In this document: positions 39,273 through 43,722 of the stretch, piece after piece
Numbering within the stretch: the first letter of the stretch is position 1
How the letters are laid out: every line of letters starts with the position of its first letter
Source: a virus
Taxonomy: Duplodnaviria; Caudoviricetes
Length of the DNA: 43,722 nucleotides
Strand: one strand, 5' to 3'
Virus record (IMG/VR): IMGVR_UViG_3300025862_000007
Location: 1 to 43,722 of that record
The notes under the pieces: generated by a model
The model's input: the letters and a program-made list of their open reading frames with translations, nothing else
What the model was told of the DNA's origin: nothing
Database searches by the model: none
Made by a program: the position numbers and the translations under genes

Positions 39273-41396
39273 TTAAAGATTTGTTTCAGTTCCGAAACCC
39301 TGTGGACTCGTGCCCGGCTCTCCGGTATTCTCCATGTCCAAAGAATGCTGGATAGACTGACGGAGAACTTCGCCGCCGGCCTTGCCCAACTGTTTCTGGT
39401 CTTCCATGACCTGATCTTGCTGGAACTTCTGAGCCTGCATCTGCTGCTGGCTCTGGGCTTGCTTTTGCTGCAGCGCCGCCGGAGAGTTGGCGTCATGCTT
39501 CTGCTTCTCGACGTCTGTCATCGGTCGCAAGAATGCCTGACTGAACTTCCAACCGGCCGCGTCTGTAAATGCCTTGAATACCGCGATGCCGTCGAACATG
39601 TATCCACCGTCCGTGACGTTCTGGACGAATGTCGGGTTGTTCAACAACTGGATGATAATCGGTAACGCCTGAGCCATTTCCTTCTTGGCGCCGAGGTGTG
39701 AACCGGCCAGCACTTCGTACTCAAACTTTGCTTCACGGAAATCAATATGGTCGACTTGATACGCGGCGTCTTCCTTCTTAAAAGACTCACCGAGGATGTC
39801 GCGAAGTACCGCCGTCGGAAGAAGGTCGTTGTTCATCGTGTCCATCTGGTACAGCCATGGGACAAAGATCTGTCTGATGAAACGACCGTCCGGTCCGTCA
39901 AGACGGCTTGCGTTCGCCTGTACGACGGCCGCAGCACCGGTTCCTGACCGCATACCGGTCGACTTAATGCCGGCCGAACTGACGCCTTGGACTGTCTGTT
40001 CGTTCGCGCCAGATGACGCTGTCGCGCTGGACTGAGCCTGTTGGATCGCGGCCCACGCGCCCGGAGGAATCGGCGGCATTTCTAGAAACTTGAACGCCTT
40101 GTCGACGTCTTCGTCGACTTCAATGATTCCGCCCTGCTTCCAGCGAGTGTTCTGTGTCGGCGCATTAAAGCCACTCTTCCTAACTGCCGTAGGCTGCAAG
40201 CCGTAAGCAAGAAGGTCAAGCGCCAAGTTAGTAACGCCTTGTTCAACCAATTGTTCGCTGCCAATTAGCACCCCAAGACCCTGTCCGTAAAAGCAGTCAG
40301 GGATGTTGCGCCAGTTCGCGGAGTAGAAAGGCAACTTACCGTAGGGATTGGCTTCGTTACGAATCAAAATGTAGTGACCGTTGAAAGACAGAGCAACGAC
40401 TACGCGCTCTTTATCCCAACGCTCGATGATCTCCATCGGAGACTTCATCGGATCCGCGGAGGTCTTCTGGTTCGCAGGTACGGCGTGCTGGAGATAGCCC
40501 AGCATGCCTTCCGGAATCGTCAACGAGATGTTCTCCATCCCTGACGTGATTCCTTGAATAAAAATGTGCTTCAAAACGTCTTCGTTCGGAATTACGTAGC
40601 CTTCGACGTCGCGGAGCTTTTCAAGATCGGAGTAGGTCGCGTAATCGCGATAGACAACCCAGTTAGCGCACTGGATGTCGCCGTATCGGCAGTTCGGGTC
40701 TACGAGAACCTTCCGGATATCGCAGTACTTAATCCATGGACGAGAAATTAACTTGTCGTCATACTCGATAAGAACTTCGTCGGATCCCGGTGTGTCTACA
40801 AGAGTCGGGGGCCCGCCAAGCGGGTTCGGGATAGACTGCTTCTCTTCCTTCCGCTTGTAACGCTTGACCTTTTCCGGATACTCGAGGTATCCCCACTTCA
40901 TGATGCAGGTTCCGAACAACGCCATCTGATCGAGGGCTCGTTCTGCCTCTTCCTCGAACTTCATGTCCCATAACTGGGCGCTGAAGAGCGCAGTCTTGGC
41001 GCGGACGATATCCTGCGAAACTCCCGGACGGGGACGAAGCAAGAACGGGGGATCTTCATAAAAGATTCCGCCCATCAACTTCGGGACAATCGAGGAGATG
41101 TGGTTGCTTAGAATGAACTTCGGGACGTTGGCTTGGGCGACGTTACTACCGTCAAACGCTGATGCTGCTGCCGGAGATTGGTAAAGCGTGTCTGCCAAGG
41201 TCCAGCCGCTTGCCCATTGATTGATGTTGATGTAATTATCGGCTGTGTTTGTGTCGTCGATTAAAAGTTTGAGCGCAGCCCCGTCCTTGAAACTCATGGT
41301 ATTGGTTTCAGGGTCGACGTGTGCGTTGTCTTCGGTTATCTGCGCATCCGGTATCAGGTATAGATCGTTAGCCTGTACGGATAGGTCCTCGCTCAT
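39273..41396 (-). CDS. portal protein (P22-like)
   Basis: 707 aa after the terminase; FGT.I.K.G, NPY..LPF, FYGQG motifs; Q-rich C-terminal tail. Confidence 0.88.
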   Translation of the reverse strand: MSEDLSVQANDLYLIPDAQITEDNAHVDPETNTMSFKDGAALKLLIDDTNTADNYININQWASGWTLADTLYQSPAAASAFDGSNVAQANVPKFILSNHISSIVPKLMGGIFYEDPPFLLRPRPGVSQDIVRAKTALFSAQLWDMKFEEEAERALDQMALFGTCIMKWGYLEYPEKVKRYKRKEEKQSIPNPLGGPPTLVDTPGSDEVLIEYDDKLISRPWIKYCDIRKVLVDPNCRYGDIQCANWVVYRDYATYSDLEKLRDVEGYVIPNEDVLKHIFIQGITSGMENISLTIPEGMLGYLQHAVPANQKTSADPMKSPMEIIERWDKERVVVALSFNGHYILIRNEANPYGKLPFYSANWRNIPDCFYGQGLGVLIGSEQLVEQGVTNLALDLLAYGLQPTAVRKSGFNAPTQNTRWKQGGIIEVDEDVDKAFKFLEMPPIPPGAWAAIQQAQSSATASSGANEQTVQGVSSAGIKSTGMRSGTGAAAVVQANASRLDGPDGRFIRQIFVPWLYQMDTMNNDLLPTAVLRDILGESFKKEDAAYQVDHIDFREAKFEYEVLAGSHLGAKKEMAQALPIIIQLLNNPTFVQNVTDGGYMFDGIAVFKAFTDAAGWKFSQAFLRPMTDVEKQKHDANSPAALQQKQAQSQQQMQAQKFQQDQVMEDQKQLGKAGGEVLRQSIQHSLDMENTGEPGTSPQGFGTETNL

Positions 41397-41411
41397 TAAA
41401 ATCCTATGCCT

Positions 41412-43430
41412 CTATTGTGGCTTCACCGGCCATGTCGGCCGCCAACCGGCGTCTGGTGCATCGCTCGATGGCGGGACGAATAGTGTCGCGGCTGTCGGCT
41501 TACCGAATATCCTGTCGTACTGGGCTCTCATCTGGGATTTTTTCTTCTCGCCTTCCGCGTACGCCTTGGCTTGCTCGGCGTCTTTTTGGTTCATGGAGGT
41601 GATAGGGAAAAAAGTCAAATGAAAATAACTCATCGCGTCAGGGATGTCGTCTTTACGTCCTTTCGTCTTCTCCTCGCCTGTGTACCTCGTGAGTTGATAA
41701 AAGGTCGGGTCTATCCAGTTACCGATAACGAACCAAAGCAGGTCTTCCTTCAAAAGTGTTTCGAGACCTTTGATTCTGTTTCTCTTCGCGTGTTTCTCGA
41801 GCGATGGTTGCCGCCAGAAAATATCAAGCGTGACGCCGAAGACTGGAGCGAGTCTGTGCAATTCATTCTTGAGCCACTCAGATCCGGTCGAATTTTCGAT
41901 TAACGTCTTTTTTGGATTCCATTTCTTGTTCAGGCTGATGATTTGCAGCGCGAGTTCTGAAGACGTCCACTTATCGCAAACGACTTCCAAAATGACTAGA
42001 CCAGTCCTGCCGTCTTCGCGACGATACACCCGTCCGACAACGCCGGCAGAGTAGTCCGATCGTTTATTCGCGGTCAACGCCCAGTCCCAGCAAATGAAAG
42101 TATCCCCGGTTTGCGGGGCCGCTTCCTTCTGGTAAAGATGTCGGCGAAGAACGTCTTCGTCGAATGAGACCTTAAAGTTGTCGTCGTCCATCGAGCCGGC
42201 TGGCTCGTTGAGTTGTTGACAACGAAACTGTTTCTCGTTCTCGAGAAGTTTAGATCGAAGAGACCGGAACGTCGCCTTCTCCGGGAAATTCAATATCACC
42301 ATTTCTTCAGTCAGGTCCAGTAAAGGAACCTCTGAGTACTCAGGCTTAACTTCCCAGCACTTACGATGGAATATCTTAATCGCGGAATCGCTCGATTCTT
42401 CTGACTTCTGGAGTTTCAGACCATACCAATCCGGGACGGGCTTACCGAAGTATCTCGTTCCGATGGTGTCAGCGAATCCCCATTCGTCAAGGATGCTGCT
42501 CGTTCCGCCGTATTTCTTGTTGAGTTCTTCCCGGACTTCTTCCTTGTTGCAGTTCTTGTCCGTGATGACGTCGTCGCCTTTCTTCAAATCGCAGTGCCAT
42601 CCTGACAAGTTACCGCCGACCGGGCGGACCCAGAACGTCGGCTCTGTCTGGTTATGCTTCCGGCAAGGAATCGTGAAAGGCGTTCCGGTAGAACTCTCTC
42701 TTCCCACTAGAACGTACTCAGGGAAAAGTAAATGAAAGTCTGTCGGCTTCTCGCCTTTAGACAGACACAGATATTTTTTGACCGCGATCATCATGGCCTT
42801 CGCCAAAGAGTGTTCGCCGGTGATTAACAAAATTCGGATGTCCGGGACGTTAATCATCCACTGGACACAATCGACTCGACTGATCGTCGACTTATAGAAC
42901 CCGCGAGGGTCGAGGATCAAGGCTTCTTTCGTCGGGTTACCTTCCGTATCAAAACGCTCTTGTCGGTCAATCGCCTTATGGACGTCGCCGATAGTGTAGC
43001 CATCCGGGAAAGCACCATCGAAGTTCTTCTGGACAAACTGATCGCAAATGACTTGGTGGGTGGTCGAGACAAAGTCGTGCCTCAAAACCGCTGTTCCGAA
43101 CCAGAATAAATCTTTTCGTGCCTTGTCCCGGAGTTCGAGCCATTCTTCAAAAGAGCAACTCAAACCCATAACCTCGGAGTTCGAGGGGTTCGGGATGACC
43201 ATCTTTTTCTTCTTTCGTGGGTCGTCTTCCTCGTCGTCTTCCGCTTCTTTGTAAGACATGCCGAGATAGATCTTTCCTAGGCTCTCATACGACAGCGCCT
43301 CAGACTTATAACGCTTCCCGGCGGACTGCCTATCCTTCTCGAGCAAGGAATCAAGAAACTCGCTGAGCTTCTTTAAATTTTCCTGATAATTCTTATTGTA
43401 CTGCTTCTTTGCTTCGCCTTTTAACGCCAT
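41412..43430 (-). CDS. terL: terminase large subunit
   Basis: PRGFYKST Walker A, G.H.D..DD Walker B, IGTRY coupling motif, RNase H-like D..DY..E..DDIPD. Confidence 0.9.
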   Translation of the reverse strand: MALKGEAKKQYNKNYQENLKKLSEFLDSLLEKDRQSAGKRYKSEALSYESLGKIYLGMSYKEAEDDEEDDPRKKKKMVIPNPSNSEVMGLSCSFEEWLELRDKARKDLFWFGTAVLRHDFVSTTHQVICDQFVQKNFDGAFPDGYTIGDVHKAIDRQERFDTEGNPTKEALILDPRGFYKSTISRVDCVQWMINVPDIRILLITGEHSLAKAMMIAVKKYLCLSKGEKPTDFHLLFPEYVLVGRESSTGTPFTIPCRKHNQTEPTFWVRPVGGNLSGWHCDLKKGDDVITDKNCNKEEVREELNKKYGGTSSILDEWGFADTIGTRYFGKPVPDWYGLKLQKSEESSDSAIKIFHRKCWEVKPEYSEVPLLDLTEEMVILNFPEKATFRSLRSKLLENEKQFRCQQLNEPAGSMDDDNFKVSFDEDVLRRHLYQKEAAPQTGDTFICWDWALTANKRSDYSAGVVGRVYRREDGRTGLVILEVVCDKWTSSELALQIISLNKKWNPKKTLIENSTGSEWLKNELHRLAPVFGVTLDIFWRQPSLEKHAKRNRIKGLETLLKEDLLWFVIGNWIDPTFYQLTRYTGEEKTKGRKDDIPDAMSYFHLTFFPITSMNQKDAEQAKAYAEGEKKKSQMRAQYDRIFGKPTAATLFVPPSSDAPDAGWRPTWPVKPQ

Positions 43431-43445
43431 TGAGGCTCCTGAGTT

Positions 43446-43706
43446 CTATTGGTCCAGTGCTTTTCTCGCTTTATTCACCATGTCTTTCTTGGCCTTTATC
43501 TCGTCGTCCATTGTAGGACCGGAGGGCGTGGACTTCTTGACGAGCGAGTAAGGTGCGTCCGAGTATTCGTGCTTCGGCGCCGGCGCTCGTAATCCTTCCG
43601 GAACCGGTGTCGGTGACGGCCGGGTCAAACGGTCGTTCTCATCCGTGTGCTGGATATCTTCCTTCACTCCAGCCAAGATGTCTGCTGCGGATTTACCAGC
43701 GGCCAT
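43446..43706 (-). CDS. small hypothetical protein upstream of terL (APYSL motif)
   Basis: SD GAGGGG; 86 aa. Confidence 0.65.
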   Translation of the reverse strand: MAAGKSAADILAGVKEDIQHTDENDRLTRPSPTPVPEGLRAPAPKHEYSDAPYSLVKKSTPSGPTMDDEIKAKKDMVNKARKALDQ

Positions 43707-43722
43707 TTACTTTCCCCTCGTT

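Noticed and set aside
43446-43706. Terminase small subunit call based on position
   Set aside because: No HTH or oligomerisation pattern recognisable; left as hypothetical.
1-43722. CRISPR array, tRNA genes, diversity-generating retroelement, introns/inteins, stop-codon reassignment
   Set aside because: By eye I found no regularly spaced repeats, cloverleafs, reverse transcriptase or split core genes. Genes are full length under the standard code and use all three stop codons.

Overview
The window is part of a tailed dsDNA phage or prophage genome with podovirus-like gene content. It contains two convergent transcription units. The + strand (1-8471) is an accessory/early cluster of small, tightly coupled genes: a signal-peptide lytic transglycosylase, three TRASH/YHS-like zinc fingers, an AAA+ ATPase, a tyrosine recombinase, a degenerate HNH-HTH protein, an Rnl2-type RNA ligase, a SprT-like peptidase and small membrane proteins. 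The - strand (43706 to 8463) is the virion morphogenesis operon: large terminase, portal, scaffold, major capsid protein, tail and adaptor proteins, fibres/lectins, three ejection-type proteins and a GT2 glycosyltransferase. It is interrupted by three free-standing homing endonuclease genes, each with its own sigma70-type promoter. The most striking feature is a 2276-aa ejection-position polyvalent protein with M41-like peptidase, ART-like, HD-zincin-like and DNA-glycosylase-like domains. Its domains are separated by a repeated IDL(E/A)TG linker, and two small genes with strong ribosome-binding sites are overprinted in the +1 frame directly after the peptidase and glycosylase-like domains (candidate nested immunity genes). 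Also notable are a DUF3494 ice-binding domain inserted into the main tail protein, domain-inside-domain insertions in three tail proteins, and a low-complexity protein that carries a copy of the scaffold's C-terminal motif. All family assignments come from motif recognition by eye; no database searches were run. I saw no tRNA, rRNA or CRISPR array.
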